Positions 1 to 10,293 of a DNA stretch of 64,000 nt are shown piece after piece; position 1 is the stretch's first letter; every line of letters starts with the position of its first letter. Location of the stretch: contig JBJLER010000061.1 of NCBI GenBank assembly GCA_045565735.1, positions 110-64,109 on the forward strand, in the 5' to 3' direction. The notes under the pieces are model-generated. The model was not told the origin of the DNA. It saw only the letters and a list, made by a program, of their open reading frames with translations, and ran no database searches. The position numbers were made by a program, and so were the translations under genes. Origin of the DNA: Pseudohongiellaceae bacterium. GTDB taxonomy: Bacteria > Pseudomonadota > Gammaproteobacteria > Pseudomonadales > Pseudohongiellaceae.

Positions 1-4
1 CTTA

Positions 5-37
5 TCCAAAAAGAAGGGGCGCATTATAGCGCCCCTT
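5..37 (-). terminator. Rho-independent terminator downstream of rpoD
   Basis: On the minus strand there is a hairpin AAGGGGCGC-TATAAT-GCGCCCCTT (plus coordinates 14-37). It is followed by CTTCTTTTT and lies about 20 nt after the rpoD stop. Confidence 0.7.
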
Positions 38-56
38 GTGATCTTTCCAAACTCGC

Positions 57-1904
57 TTATTCGTCGAGAAAGCTCTTGAGGTGATCAGAGCGTGTAGGAT
101 GTCGCAGCTTGCGTAACGCTTTCGCTTCGATCTGTCGTATTCGCTCACGGGTAACATCAAATTGTTTACCCACCTCCTCCAACGTGTGGTCGGTATTCAT
201 ATCAATACCGAAACGCATACGCAGTACTTTTGCTTCTCTTGCCGTTAGTGACCCAAGTACATCTTTAGTGGCTTCACGCAGACCTTCATCGATTGATGAG
301 TCCACTGGCGAATCGACGGTGCCATCTTCAATAAAATCGCCCAGATGTGAATCTTCATCGTCACCGATTGGAGTTTCCATGGAGATTGGTTCTTTCGCAA
401 TCTTGAGAACTCGGCGAACTTTGTCTTCCGACATTTCCATACGCTCGCCCAACTCTTCTGGAGTAGGTTCGCGGCCTTTCTCGTGAACCATCTGACGTGA
501 AATTCGATTCAGTTTGTTGATCGTCTCGATCATGTGCACTGGTATACGAATTGTTCGTGCCTGGTCGGCAATGGATCTGGTAATGGCCTGACGAATCCAC
601 CAGGTGGCGTAAGTTGAGAACTTATAACCACGACGATATTCGAACTTGTCCACAGCCTTCATCAAACCGATGTTGCCTTCTTGAATCAGATCGAGGAATT
701 GCAAGCCGCGATTGGTGTATTTCTTTGCAATTGAAATTACCAGTCTTAAGTTTGCTTCGACCATTTCCTTCTTGGCGCGACGTGATTTAGCTTCACCAAT
801 AGACATCCGTCGATTAATGTCTTTAATTTCGGTTACTGTTAGACCAGTTTCTTCCTGTAATAAACGAATTTTCTTCTGCGCACGAAGCACTTCAGTCTTC
901 ACGTTTACCAATAATTCAGAATAGGCTTCTTTCGATTTAATGTGTTGATCAATCCATTTCTCATTGATCTCATTGCCTGGGAATGACCCGATAAAAGTTT
1001 TTCTCGACATTTTGGCACTGCGAACAGCGAGGCTCATGATCGTTCTCTCATGTCGGCGTAGACGGGTTAGGACTGCACGTATATGAGTTAGTAAAGGATC
1101 AAACTGTCTGGGTGTGAGTTTGAAACTTTTAAATAGTTCGCCAAGTTTTTCCAACTCTGCAACTGCTTTAGCATCGGTACGGCCGCGACGACCGACAATA
1201 GAGCTGGTCACTTCATATTGTTGACGTAATTCTGTAAATCGTTCCTTTGCCACTTCAGGATCAGGGCCGATATTTCCTTCTTCGTCGTCATCGTCATCAC
1301 TATCCACGCCTGCATCGTTATTATTGCCTGCTTCAGGGGCTGCTCGTGCTTCAGGTGTGCTTACAGGGATTTCATCATCTGTGTTATCCAGATAGCCGGT
1401 CATGATTTCGTTTAATCGACGCTCTTCGGAATCGACTAACGCGTATTCGTTTAGTACGTGCTCGACAGTTCCCGGAAAATAGGCCATCGCTTTCATCAGC
1501 TCTCGCAAGCCTTCTTCGATGCGTTTCGCGATAACTATTTCGCCCTCACGGGTTAACAGTTCGACGGTCCCCATCTCACGCATGTACATACGCACAGGAT
1601 CGGTTGTGCGACCAGCTTCATTTTCCACGGCAGCAAGCGCAGCGGCAGCTTCAGCGGCAGCAACTTCGTCCGCACCCGTATCGCTTTCTTCTTCATTAAG
1701 CAGTAATGAATCGGTGTCCGGTGCAGCTTCGAACACCTTAATGCCCATATCATTAATCATTTGAATAATGTCTTCGACTTGATCTGGATCGGAAATTGAT
1801 TCCGGCAAGTGATCGTTAACCTCCGCATAGGTGAGGTACGATTGTTCCTTGCCCTTTGCGATCAATGCTTTCAGACTTGATTGTGGTGCAATAATTTCAG
1901 CCAT
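57..1904 (-). CDS. rpoD: RNA polymerase sigma factor RpoD (sigma-70)
   Basis: 615-aa ORF. It has an acidic region 1, a region 2 motif [21 protein letters not shown] and a region 4.2 [33 protein letters not shown]. It lies downstream of dnaG, as in the rpsU-dnaG-rpoD operon. Confidence 0.98.
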   Translation of the reverse strand: MAEIIAPQSSLKALIAKGKEQSYLTYAEVNDHLPESISDPDQVEDIIQMINDMGIKVFEAAPDTDSLLLNEEESDTGADEVAAAEAAAALAAVENEAGRTTDPVRMYMREMGTVELLTREGEIVIAKRIEEGLRELMKAMAYFPGTVEHVLNEYALVDSEERRLNEIMTGYLDNTDDEIPVSTPEARAAPEAGNNNDAGVDSDDDDDEEGNIGPDPEVAKERFTELRQQYEVTSSIVGRRGRTDAKAVAELEKLGELFKSFKLTPRQFDPLLTHIRAVLTRLRRHERTIMSLAVRSAKMSRKTFIGSFPGNEINEKWIDQHIKSKEAYSELLVNVKTEVLRAQKKIRLLQEETGLTVTEIKDINRRMSIGEAKSRRAKKEMVEANLRLVISIAKKYTNRGLQFLDLIQEGNIGLMKAVDKFEYRRGYKFSTYATWWIRQAITRSIADQARTIRIPVHMIETINKLNRISRQMVHEKGREPTPEELGERMEMSEDKVRRVLKIAKEPISMETPIGDDEDSHLGDFIEDGTVDSPVDSSIDEGLREATKDVLGSLTAREAKVLRMRFGIDMNTDHTLEEVGKQFDVTRERIRQIEAKALRKLRHPTRSDHLKSFLDE

Positions 1905-1944
1905 GAATTTCCGTCTTTAAGCCAGCGGGAATGCTGGTTGGGTG

Positions 1945-1977
1945 AAAAAAATCAGCCGAGCATTATAGCGGCGGCTG
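1945..1977 (-). terminator. Hairpin plus U-tract between dnaG and rpoD (partial terminator or processing structure)
   Basis: Minus strand reads CAGCCG-CCGCTATAATGCT-CGGCTG followed by TTTTTTT (plus-strand A-run 1945-1951). It sits in the 113-bp dnaG-rpoD spacer. Confidence 0.5.
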
Positions 1978-2017
1978 TGTGCCTTGTATATCTAATTTAG
2001 ACTGTTATTTCGGCAGC

Positions 2018-3871
2018 TTAGCTTTGTTCTTTTGCCTCATTTACTCGGGATTTCAGCTCGTCTTTGAGCTGCAGCAATTCCAGTTTTTTCGCGATATCTG
2101 ACAGGATGTTGTCAAGTATCTGGAGAAACTCCTTTTCGACTCCTTCCTGTGGTGTGATCTTCTCTGCCGCTAATAGCTGGGTAAGTTGGCTGCCTAAGCT
2201 CGTACCGTAACAATAGCCCAACAATGTAAATACCTCTGTATTGGGGTCTTTCTTGACCATTTCAACTAGTGACAGGAGCAATTTCCGCCCTTCGTCTTCA
2301 GCAGTGCGAAGTGGCTCAAGGTTTTGAGTAACGGATAACGCGATTTCTGGATTTCGCAACAGCAATTCTATGGCTTTTACACTGGCCGGTTTACGATAGA
2401 CACTAAGCTTAGTATTGGTGGTTTTTCTTCCTTCCCTTGGTTGCCTTTCGGTTTGGGGAACTGGAGGCATCGGCGGGTTCGATTCCTGTTTAGGTGCATT
2501 TGTTGATAAGAGCAGATCAAGTGATTCACTGGTAACGCCCAAAGTTTGAGATAAGCGATCCAACATGAGTTGGGCATACACTCCTCGTGGAATCTGGCGG
2601 ATGTATTTCTTAGAAAGATTGCTAAGCCTGGCTTTCCCTTCGATTGAATTCATATCGAGATCTTCAGATAGCTTTTCGAAGAAAAAATCTTCAAGGGGTT
2701 TTGCGGATTCCAGTTCCAATTCGAATTTTTCTTTGCCTATGGCGCGCACATGAGAGTCGGGATCAGTTCCACTGGGAAGAAACAAAAATTTTACCTGGCG
2801 ACCATCTTCCATCAGGGGTAGGGTTGTTTCTAACGCTCTCCATGCTGCAGCGCTGCCAGCATCGTCACCATCGAAACAGAATATGATTTCCGCTACCTGG
2901 CGAAACATTCGGATTAAATGGTTGGAGCTGGTTGCAGTACCCAATGTTGCCACTGCGTTCCTAATCCCCATTTGTGCCAGAGCGATGACATCCATGTAGC
3001 CTTCAACCAGCAACAACTTGTTAAACTTCTCGCCGGACTTCTTCGCTTCAAAAAGTCCATAAAGTTCAGAGCTTTTATGAAACACTGCAGTTTCTGGTGA
3101 ATTCAGGTACTTGGGTTTTTCGTCATTGAGAACGCGACCACCAAAAGCAATAGTGCGTCCACGACTATCTCGAATTGGAAAAATAATACGCTCACGAAAG
3201 CGATCGTAGTATCGACGTTGACCATCTTTTTCGCTTTCGTCATTTTTTTCTTTGTTGCGTTGAATAATCAGACCGGCTTTCAACAATGAATGTTCATGTT
3301 TCTCACCAGTTACAACAGCCTTGATCAAGTTGTCCCAACCGGCCGGTGCGTAACCCAGTCCAAAATCTCTGGCGATCTCGCCACTAACCCCTCTATCTTT
3401 TAAATAGGAAACAGCTTCGTTCTTGTCGCTGTGTTGCCGCAGTTGGAATTGGTAGAACTTACTTGCTAATTCCAAGACCTTAATGATCTCAGCATTCTCT
3501 GAACTTTTTCGTTGTTGTGCTTTCGATTCTTCCCGCGGAACTTCCAATCCTGCATCGTGAGCCAAAGTTTCCAGAGCTTGTGGAAACTCCGATTGTTCGA
3601 AGTTCATAACGAAGCCAATGGCATTGCCACCTGCTCCACAGCCAAAGCAGTAATAGAATTGGCGATCTTGATTAACGCTGAATGAAGGCGTTTTTTCCTG
3701 ATGAAATGGACAGCAGGCGGTATAGTTATTTCCCCGTTTCTTAAGAGGGACCCGTTTGTCGATTACTTCGACAATGTCAGTCCTATGGAGGAGATCATCT
3801 ATAAAGGATTGAGGGATAAGACCGGCCATACCTGCGAATCGCTGAGAATTACTGATTTTTTTATCATTCAA
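2018..3871 (-). CDS. dnaG: DNA primase DnaG
   Basis: 617 aa. It has the zinc-binding motif CCPFHQEKTPSFSV...CFGCGAGG, a TOPRIM region (LVEGYMDVI, FDGDDAG) and a C-terminal DnaB-interaction region. Confidence 0.97.
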   Translation of the reverse strand: MNDKKISNSQRFAGMAGLIPQSFIDDLLHRTDIVEVIDKRVPLKKRGNNYTACCPFHQEKTPSFSVNQDRQFYYCFGCGAGGNAIGFVMNFEQSEFPQALETLAHDAGLEVPREESKAQQRKSSENAEIIKVLELASKFYQFQLRQHSDKNEAVSYLKDRGVSGEIARDFGLGYAPAGWDNLIKAVVTGEKHEHSLLKAGLIIQRNKEKNDESEKDGQRRYYDRFRERIIFPIRDSRGRTIAFGGRVLNDEKPKYLNSPETAVFHKSSELYGLFEAKKSGEKFNKLLLVEGYMDVIALAQMGIRNAVATLGTATSSNHLIRMFRQVAEIIFCFDGDDAGSAAAWRALETTLPLMEDGRQVKFLFLPSGTDPDSHVRAIGKEKFELELESAKPLEDFFFEKLSEDLDMNSIEGKARLSNLSKKYIRQIPRGVYAQLMLDRLSQTLGVTSESLDLLLSTNAPKQESNPPMPPVPQTERQPREGRKTTNTKLSVYRKPASVKAIELLLRNPEIALSVTQNLEPLRTAEDEGRKLLLSLVEMVKKDPNTEVFTLLGYCYGTSLGSQLTQLLAAEKITPQEGVEKEFLQILDNILSDIAKKLELLQLKDELKSRVNEAKEQS

Positions 3872-4061
3872 ATAGAGATGCTACACGGGCGATCAGCGAG
3901 AGCAAAACCTTTCTTCGAATTTATTCATATCCGATGGTGAGCATTTAGCGAGAGAGCCATAGTTGCGACAAGACCTGACCCAAAGTAAAAACTTGCATCT
4001 AGTAAGAGACTGCATTGAGGAGAGATTAACGAAGAAGGTGGTTCCCGCAGCAAGTTCGCTT

Positions 4062-4514
4062 TTACGACAAAGCTGCTTTAATTTTATCGCTTACCATGGA
4101 CATATCAGCTCGGCCGACAACTTTGGGTTTAATTATTCCCATAACTTTGCCCATGTCCTGCATGCCTTGCGCTCCAGTATTACTAAGAGCGGCACTGATG
4201 ATTGCATCCAGCTCTTCTTCATTGAGAGCCTGGGGAAGAAATTCCTGCAAAACATCAATTTCAGATTGTTCCTGGGCCACAAGCTCGTCACGGCCCGCAG
4301 ATTCAAATAGTTTGATTGACTCACGTCTCTGCTTAACCATTTTATCCAGAATAGAAGTCACCCGGGAATTATCAGGATCGATGCGCTCATCTACTTCTAC
4401 TCTTTTAATTTCCGCCAAGGCTAAACGAATAGTCCCCAGACGCGCTTTATCTCTGGCGCGCATGGCATCCTTCATGGCCTCATTGATTTGCTGTTTTAGA
4501 GAACTATCGGGCAT
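4062..4514 (-). CDS. GatB/YqeY domain-containing protein
   Basis: The ORF runs 4062-4550. The likely start is the ATG at 4514 (MPDSSLKQQINEAMKDAMRARDK...), which is typical of the YqeY family. Its position between rpsU and dnaG matches pseudomonads. Confidence 0.85.
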   Translation of the reverse strand: MPDSSLKQQINEAMKDAMRARDKARLGTIRLALAEIKRVEVDERIDPDNSRVTSILDKMVKQRRESIKLFESAGRDELVAQEQSEIDVLQEFLPQALNEEELDAIISAALSNTGAQGMQDMGKVMGIIKPKVVGRADMSMVSDKIKAALS

Positions 4515-4568
4515 GAGCTTTGGAGTTGAGATAAAAAAGTGGTTGAACAAGGTTCAGCCACCGCAGAA

Positions 4569-4784
4569 TTAATAGAATCGCTGATTCTTGCGGCTTTCGC
4601 GCTGAAGCTTTTTCAAATGACGCTTAACAGCTGCCGCAGCCTTTCGTTTCCTGACTGAAGTTGGCTTTTCGTAAAATTCTCTACGACGCACTTCTGCAAG
4701 AGTGCCAGCTTTTTCGCAAGAACGTTTGAAACGGCGCAGGGCCACATCAAAAGGCTCGTTCTCTTTTAGCTTGACCATTGGCAT
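4569..4784 (-). CDS. rpsU: 30S ribosomal protein S21
   Basis: 71 aa, [27 protein letters not shown]..., basic C-terminus. Confidence 0.97.
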   Translation of the reverse strand: MPMVKLKENEPFDVALRRFKRSCEKAGTLAEVRRREFYEKPTSVRKRKAAAAVKRHLKKLQRESRKNQRFY

Positions 4785-5001
4785 GTTTTAAATCACCCGT
4801 CTTGTGTTGTGCGTGCTGAAGTTTAGCCTCGACCTCGAATAATGTCGGGAAGAGGGATTCAGGGGTGCGTATCTTAATGGCCAAACGTCTGAATTGCAAA
4901 GGATTTGGGCGCTACCGGCGGCTAATTTAGGAGTATTTGGGATCTTCCTCAATTTTTGGCATGATTACCATTCTCTTGGACATACCATCGAGTTTAAGTC
5001 A

Positions 5002-6027
5002 TTGAAAGTACTGGGTATTGAAACCTCCTGTGATGAAACTGGTATCGCTGTTTATGACAGCGATGCGGGATTGCTCGCAGACTGTTTGTACAGTCAGGTA
5101 GATATTCATGCAAAGTATGGTGGAGTAATCCCGGAATTGGCTTCCCGTGACCATATTCGCAAAACCCTGCCACTCGTGAAACAAGTTCTGGCAGAAGCCG
5201 GAATAGATCAATCCGAATTGGATGCAGTTGCTTATACTTCTGGACCTGGTTTGGTGGGTGCGCTACTTGTGGGAGCCAGTATTGGGCGATCACTAGCTAT
5301 GGGTTTAGGCATTCCCGCAATCGGTGTGCATCACATGGAAGGCCATTTGCTGGCACCAATGTTGGAACCAGATCCGCCGAGTTTTCCATTTGTTGCACTT
5401 CTGGTTTCTGGGGGCCACACCCAATTGGTTCGAGTTGATGGCATCGGAAAGTATGAAATGCTGGGTGAATCACTAGATGATGCTGCCGGTGAAGCATTCG
5501 ATAAAGTGGGCAAGATGTTGGGCCTGCCTTATCCCGGTGGGCCCCATGTTGCGAAGTTGGCTCTGCAGGGTAAAAGTGGTCGATTCGATTTCCCCAGACC
5601 TATGACTAATAGACCAGGGCTGGATTTTAGTTTTAGTGGATTAAAAACATTTGTGCGCAATACTATTGCTAATCACACAGCAGATGATGGATTGGACGAA
5701 CAGACCGCTGCCGATATTGCAAAAGCTTTTGAAGAAGCCGTTGTTGGGACCATGGCGATTAAATGTAGAAGAGCAATGGACCATACCGGATTAGAGACTT
5801 TGATCATCGCCGGTGGTGTAAGTGCTAATGTGCAATTAAGAGAAGTATTGGAAAGCACCATGGCAAAGATTAACGGACGTTTGTATTACGCCCAGTTTAA
5901 GTTTTGCACTGACAATGGTGCGATGATTGCTTATACGGGGTGTCAGCGATTGCTTGCCGGTGAGTCTGTGGATCTTGGTATTCATGTTCAGCCTCGTTGG
6001 TCTTTGGAAACCTTGTCCGCTATTTAG
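5002..6027 (+). CDS. tsaD: tRNA N6-adenosine threonylcarbamoyltransferase TsaD (Gcp)
   Basis: [13 protein letters not shown]-terminus, HHMEGH metal site and GGVSAN. A TTG at 5002 gives the canonical N-terminus. The 36 residues upstream in the 4894 ORF look non-coding. The gene is divergent from rpsU, as in E. coli and Pseudomonas. Confidence 0.93.
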   Translation: MKVLGIETSCDETGIAVYDSDAGLLADCLYSQVDIHAKYGGVIPELASRDHIRKTLPLVKQVLAEAGIDQSELDAVAYTSGPGLVGALLVGASIGRSLAMGLGIPAIGVHHMEGHLLAPMLEPDPPSFPFVALLVSGGHTQLVRVDGIGKYEMLGESLDDAAGEAFDKVGKMLGLPYPGGPHVAKLALQGKSGRFDFPRPMTNRPGLDFSFSGLKTFVRNTIANHTADDGLDEQTAADIAKAFEEAVVGTMAIKCRRAMDHTGLETLIIAGGVSANVQLREVLESTMAKINGRLYYAQFKFCTDNGAMIAYTGCQRLLAGESVDLGIHVQPRWSLETLSAI

Positions 6028-6035
6028 GAGCTGCT

Positions 6036-6392
6036 ATGGATATTGTTTACATTCGCGAACTCGAGGTTAAAACTATCATTGGCATCTATGATTGGGAGCG
6101 TGAACAGAAACAAGTAGTCAGCATTAATCTGGAAATGGCCAGCGATATTTGCAAAGCGGCAGAATCAGATTCTATTGAGCATGCATTGGACTATAAAGCA
6201 GTTGCAAAACGCCTAATCGACTTCGTTGAGAACTCTCAGTTTTTCTTGGTAGAAACTCTTGCGGAAAAAATTGCGGAAATAGTATTGAATGAGTTCGGTG
6301 TTAATTGGGTAAGGTTGCAGTTGGGTAAACCTGGCGCTATAACTGGATCGAAAGACGTCGGCGTCATCATCGAACGCGATAGCAGGTCATAA
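6036..6392 (+). CDS. folB: Dihydroneopterin aldolase
   Basis: MDIVYIRELEVKTIIGIYDWEREQKQ is typical of FolB. An AGGAG Shine-Dalgarno lies at 6026-6030. folK follows. Confidence 0.9.
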   Translation: MDIVYIRELEVKTIIGIYDWEREQKQVVSINLEMASDICKAAESDSIEHALDYKAVAKRLIDFVENSQFFLVETLAEKIAEIVLNEFGVNWVRLQLGKPGAITGSKDVGVIIERDSRS

Positions 6393-6411
6393 CCAAATTC
6401 AGAGAATCTTT

Positions 6412-6900
6412 TTGGCCCTTTTAATTCTCTCACTTGGCAGTAACGTCAACGCAATATCCAATATTGGTTATGCAATAGAATCTCTGCGCCAGGAGTTTGG
6501 GGACATTGCGCTTTCGACAGTTTATGAAAGTGAAGCGATAGGATTTTCCGGAGAAAATTTTTTAAATCTTGCTGCTTCCGTCGATTCTGATGTGCCCTTG
6601 AAAGAAATAGTTATTTATTTAAAGGAGCTTGAAAATTCATTAGGCCGGGATCGATCACAGCCTAGATTTTCAGATCGAACTATCGATATCGATATTTTGA
6701 TATACGGCAGAGAAACAGGTGATGATTGTGGACTCTCTCTTCCTCGAGCAGAAATATTGGAAAATGCTTTTGTCTTAAAACCGCTTAGCGAATTGCATCC
6801 GGATATGCATTTACCAGATTCAGACCAGACATACCTGAAGTTTTGGGAACAATTTGATCGAGACTCACAAAAAATTTGGCCCACAGAAATCAACTTCTAG
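6412..6900 (+). CDS. folK: 2-amino-4-hydroxy-6-hydroxymethyldihydropteridine diphosphokinase (HPPK)
   Basis: ILSLGSNV N-terminus, YESEA and RFSDRTIDIDILIYG motifs. The apparent start is TTG. Confidence 0.9.
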   Translation: MALLILSLGSNVNAISNIGYAIESLRQEFGDIALSTVYESEAIGFSGENFLNLAASVDSDVPLKEIVIYLKELENSLGRDRSQPRFSDRTIDIDILIYGRETGDDCGLSLPRAEILENAFVLKPLSELHPDMHLPDSDQTYLKFWEQFDRDSQKIWPTEINF

Positions 6901-7019
6901 AATCTATGACCAAATTTCTATGACATTTGCCGAGATCTGGGACGGGAATTAGTTTATTAGGATTCATCTTTTCAAAGTCTGCAGCATGAGTTTCATTTTC
7001 CAGAATATTCACTTACTCG

Positions 7020-7772
7020 TTAGTTTAAGCTGCGTCCGCCATCAACCTTGATAACTTGCCCGGTCACGTAGCTAGCTTCTATTGCTAGGAAGTAGGTCAT
7101 GGCAGCAATGTCTTCCGGGTCGCCTAGCCGACTTAGCGGGATGCTTTTCACAATTTTTCCTCGAGCTTGTATAACTTCAGGATCATCTTCATTTTCTAGG
7201 GGGGTCGGCCATAGTATTGCGCCTGGGGAAACGCCATTAACTCGTACAGTTGGACCTAAGTCTTTCGCCAAAGATTTTGTCATGGTCTTTAAAGCAGCTT
7301 TTGCCATGTTATAGATTGAATGATTGGAAAGCGGATTATCTGCATGGGTGTCTACTATGTTGATAATCGCACCTTTGTTTTTGATTAATTCATCGGCTAG
7401 CTCCTGACAAAGGAAATAAGCTGCTCTCACATTAGAACTGAATAACTCATCCCAATCATTTTGCGTTGCGTCCTGAATTGGAGTTGGATAAAAGGCAGAG
7501 GCGTTATTGACCAGCACATCTATTCGTCCAAAACATTGCAATGCTTGCCGAGGTAGTTGTTCAACATCCTCCGTTTCAGTTAGATTCGCTAACACCAAAT
7601 TTGCACTATTGGTCCTTACTGAATTCATTTTTTCCATTAATTCTTGTGCAGCATCGGTTGATCTGCGCGCATGGACTATGACATCGAAGCCTTCGGAATG
7701 AAACTTCGAAACAATGCTTGCGCCGATACGTCTCGCTGATCCCGTAATGAGTGCTACTTTGTTTTCAGACAT
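7020..7772 (-). CDS. Short-chain dehydrogenase/reductase, pteridine-reductase-like
   Basis: ITGSARRIGASI dinucleotide motif, NNAS and the catalytic YNMAKAAL (YxxxK). Its position next to folB-folK and cca matches the FolM/pteridine reductase-like gene of pseudomonads. Substrate is not verifiable from sequence. Confidence 0.75.
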   Translation of the reverse strand: MSENKVALITGSARRIGASIVSKFHSEGFDVIVHARRSTDAAQELMEKMNSVRTNSANLVLANLTETEDVEQLPRQALQCFGRIDVLVNNASAFYPTPIQDATQNDWDELFSSNVRAAYFLCQELADELIKNKGAIINIVDTHADNPLSNHSIYNMAKAALKTMTKSLAKDLGPTVRVNGVSPGAILWPTPLENEDDPEVIQARGKIVKSIPLSRLGDPEDIAAMTYFLAIEASYVTGQVIKVDGGRSLN

Positions 7773-9000
7773 CGTCGCCTACCAATTCCGCAACTTTGTC
7801 CGAAACGATTTGTAAACGCGTGTTACGAATAAGTTCTGATGGACTTCTTTTGAAGTTTTCCGCCAGTAATGCTTCCACATCTAATTGATTAACCGCTTCG
7901 AGTACAGCATTAAGATAATCCCGTTGGGGATATTCGCGATCTTCCAAACCAGTTCGACCCCTGGCATCTGCTTCGCATGCAAGTAGAAACCTTTCCAGGC
8001 GTTTAGGTTGACGAAGTGCATCCAGAGATTCGAATAGACCTAAGAGTGTGGAAGGACGCAGTTGCTGTACACGGTGTAACTTAGTGTGATGCTCACAAAC
8101 TAACGCTGCTAATTGCGCATGCCCATTCGGTACTCGCAAGCGTTTGGCAATACTCTGTTGCAACGGAATACCCAGTACTTCGTGACCATAGTGACTTGGC
8201 CATTTCGATTTATCTGTTACAGCTTTTCCGACATCATGCACGAGTGTTGCATATCTGACTGTCGCATCATCTGAAAGTTTTGCCACCTGCTCTAGACTCA
8301 TCAAGATGTGAACTCCAGTGTCGATTTCAGGATGATATTTTTCTGGCTGTGGTACACCGAACAGCGCATCCACCTCAGGAAGAATTACCGCGAGAGCGCC
8401 ACACTGTTTTAACACCGAAACGAATTCTTGCGGCGCATCTGTTGATAATGCTAATTCTGTTTCCTGCCAAACTCTTTCTGCTACCAGAGTTTCTAATTCA
8501 CCACTGGCAACCATGGCAGTCATTAACTTCATGGTTTCGTCAGCTACAACAAATCCTCTGTTTTTGAATTTTGCCGCGAATCTTGCAACCCGCAGTACTC
8601 TGAGGGGATCTTCACTGAATGCTTCAGACACATGCCGTAAAACATTATCAGTTAAATCTTCTTGGCCACCATAGGGATCGATAATTTCGCCAGACTTGGT
8701 TTGTGCCATGGCATTGATTGTTAAATCCCGGCGGCGTAAATCTTCTTCCAGGCTAACATGTTCTGAGGCATCAAAATCGAAGGCATTGTGCCCTGGGCCA
8801 GTCTTTCGTTCAGTTCGAGCTAAGGCATACTCTTGATGTGTTTCGGGATGAAGAAATACTGGAAATCCTTTCCCTACTTGGCGGTATCCCATTTTCAATA
8901 GATCTTCAGGGTGAGCACCAACAACCACCCAGTCTTCATCTTTGACAGGGATATCCAGCAATTTATCGCGGACAGCACCGCCTACTAAATAGGTTTCCAT
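7765..9000 (-). CDS. cca: Multifunctional CCA-adding enzyme (tRNA nucleotidyltransferase with HD phosphohydrolase domain)
   Basis: The N-terminus has VGGAVRDKLL plus DEDWVV. The HD domain has LVHDVGKA. 411 aa. Confidence 0.93.
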   Translation of the reverse strand: METYLVGGAVRDKLLDIPVKDEDWVVVGAHPEDLLKMGYRQVGKGFPVFLHPETHQEYALARTERKTGPGHNAFDFDASEHVSLEEDLRRRDLTINAMAQTKSGEIIDPYGGQEDLTDNVLRHVSEAFSEDPLRVLRVARFAAKFKNRGFVVADETMKLMTAMVASGELETLVAERVWQETELALSTDAPQEFVSVLKQCGALAVILPEVDALFGVPQPEKYHPEIDTGVHILMSLEQVAKLSDDATVRYATLVHDVGKAVTDKSKWPSHYGHEVLGIPLQQSIAKRLRVPNGHAQLAALVCEHHTKLHRVQQLRPSTLLGLFESLDALRQPKRLERFLLACEADARGRTGLEDREYPQRDYLNAVLEAVNQLDVEALLAENFKRSPSELIRNTRLQIVSDKVAELVGDDV

Positions 9001-9021
9001 ATTGCTAAAAAACGGAGTAGG

Positions 9022-9843
9022 TTATTTTGCTATGGAGTATAAACAATGGTCTTCCAGTCGCATCAGAGTGAGTTCACGACCCCAGACATAGCCAGTATCC
9101 AACGCATACACGCGTTGTTTGTCGGTGCGCCCTTCCAGTGCAGCCCAATGGCCAAATAAGATTGTAGCCTTGCTCGAAATATTTTCATATTCAAACCAGG
9201 GTTTGAATCCAGAAGGGGCGGCGCAAAGGCCTTCCTTGATATCGAGTCTTAGACTGCCTATGTCGTCACAAAAGCGAATTCGGGTTAGGTAGTTGGTGAT
9301 TGTTCGAAGTCTTTCTTGTCCGTTCAACTCGTCGTGCCAGCGTATTGGTTCATCACCGTACATATTTTTTAGATACTTGCGATAATCCTTTCCCTGCAGA
9401 GCGAGTTCTACTTCAGCAGCAAGGTCGAGAGTTTTCTGCAATGACCAACTCGGTGCTACTCCAGCATGAATCATGAGGAAATCTTCATGTCCATTCTCAG
9501 TATCGATGCAATCGAAATGAGCTAACGGTTTGTTTCTCAACCAATTACTTAACTCATCGCAGTCTTTGGCATCAAGTAGCTTGGCTAGTGTATCTTTTGT
9601 TCTTGTAGGTGCGCATCCTTCATGAATGGCAATAAAGTGAAGATCGTGATTGCCAAGGACTATTTGCAGGGAATCATCGATGTCCTGCAGATATTTCAAA
9701 GTTTCGAGTGAATGAGGACCGCGATTGACAAGATCACCAACGCACCAGAGCTTATCCTTTCCCGGAGCGAAACAAACTTTCTTTAAAAGCTTTTTCAGAG
9801 CCTTATAGCAGCCTTGAATGTCCCCAATGACATACGTACTCAT
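9022..9843 (-). CDS. apaH: Bis(5'-nucleosyl)-tetraphosphatase, symmetrical
   Basis: Metallophosphatase motifs GDIQGC, GDLVNRGP and GNHD. The likely start is MSTYVIGDIQG (ATG 9843) rather than the longer ORF from 9882. Confidence 0.93.
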   Translation of the reverse strand: MSTYVIGDIQGCYKALKKLLKKVCFAPGKDKLWCVGDLVNRGPHSLETLKYLQDIDDSLQIVLGNHDLHFIAIHEGCAPTRTKDTLAKLLDAKDCDELSNWLRNKPLAHFDCIDTENGHEDFLMIHAGVAPSWSLQKTLDLAAEVELALQGKDYRKYLKNMYGDEPIRWHDELNGQERLRTITNYLTRIRFCDDIGSLRLDIKEGLCAAPSGFKPWFEYENISSKATILFGHWAALEGRTDKQRVYALDTGYVWGRELTLMRLEDHCLYSIAK

Positions 9844-9906
9844 GACCCGAACCACGATCCAAAAAAGTCCGCAGTATAGCACTCCTTTAAGACAAGGCTT
9901 TTACGC

Positions 9907-10287
9907 TTAATGAACTGTGCGGGGTAGGGAAAGTAAAAATGCAGGAATCGGTGCTTGAAATTTCTCACCTGCGGAAGTTTGCATCTCATAACTGCCACGC
10001 ATAGTGCCTAATTCAGTCTCTATAACGGCTCCGCTGGTATAATTGAAAGATTTACCTGGAGCAATTTCGGGCTGCTGACCGATAACTCCTTCACCAATAA
10101 CTTCCTCTACCTTGTTATTGTCATCGGTAATATGCCAGTGACGGTTTAACAAAGTTACAGATTCAGCGCCTTGATTGGTGATTTCTATTGAATAAGCAAA
10201 CACATAGCGGTTTTTCGCTGGTTCCGACTGCTCGTCTAGATATCGTGTGTTTACTTCTATTTTTATGGTGTCGCTAATATTGTCCAT
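9907..10287 (-). CDS. apaG: ApaG (DUF525) protein
   Basis: 126 aa. It lies between rsmA and apaH. The FAYSIEITNQG and GVIGQQPEIAPG segments are typical of ApaG. Confidence 0.9.
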   Translation of the reverse strand: MDNISDTIKIEVNTRYLDEQSEPAKNRYVFAYSIEITNQGAESVTLLNRHWHITDDNNKVEEVIGEGVIGQQPEIAPGKSFNYTSGAVIETELGTMRGSYEMQTSAGEKFQAPIPAFLLSLPRTVH

Positions 10288-10293
10288 ATCACA

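Noticed and set aside
109-1764. Several plus-strand ORFs of 66-125 aa inside rpoD. Similar antisense or shadow ORFs lie elsewhere, for example 3963-4310, 4096-4572, 33990-34483, 49088-49369, 56609-57055 and 57653-58141.
   Set aside because: They lie entirely within, or antisense to, strongly supported conserved genes. Their compositions are Ser/Arg/Cys-rich and typical of out-of-frame translation. None has a convincing ribosome-binding site.
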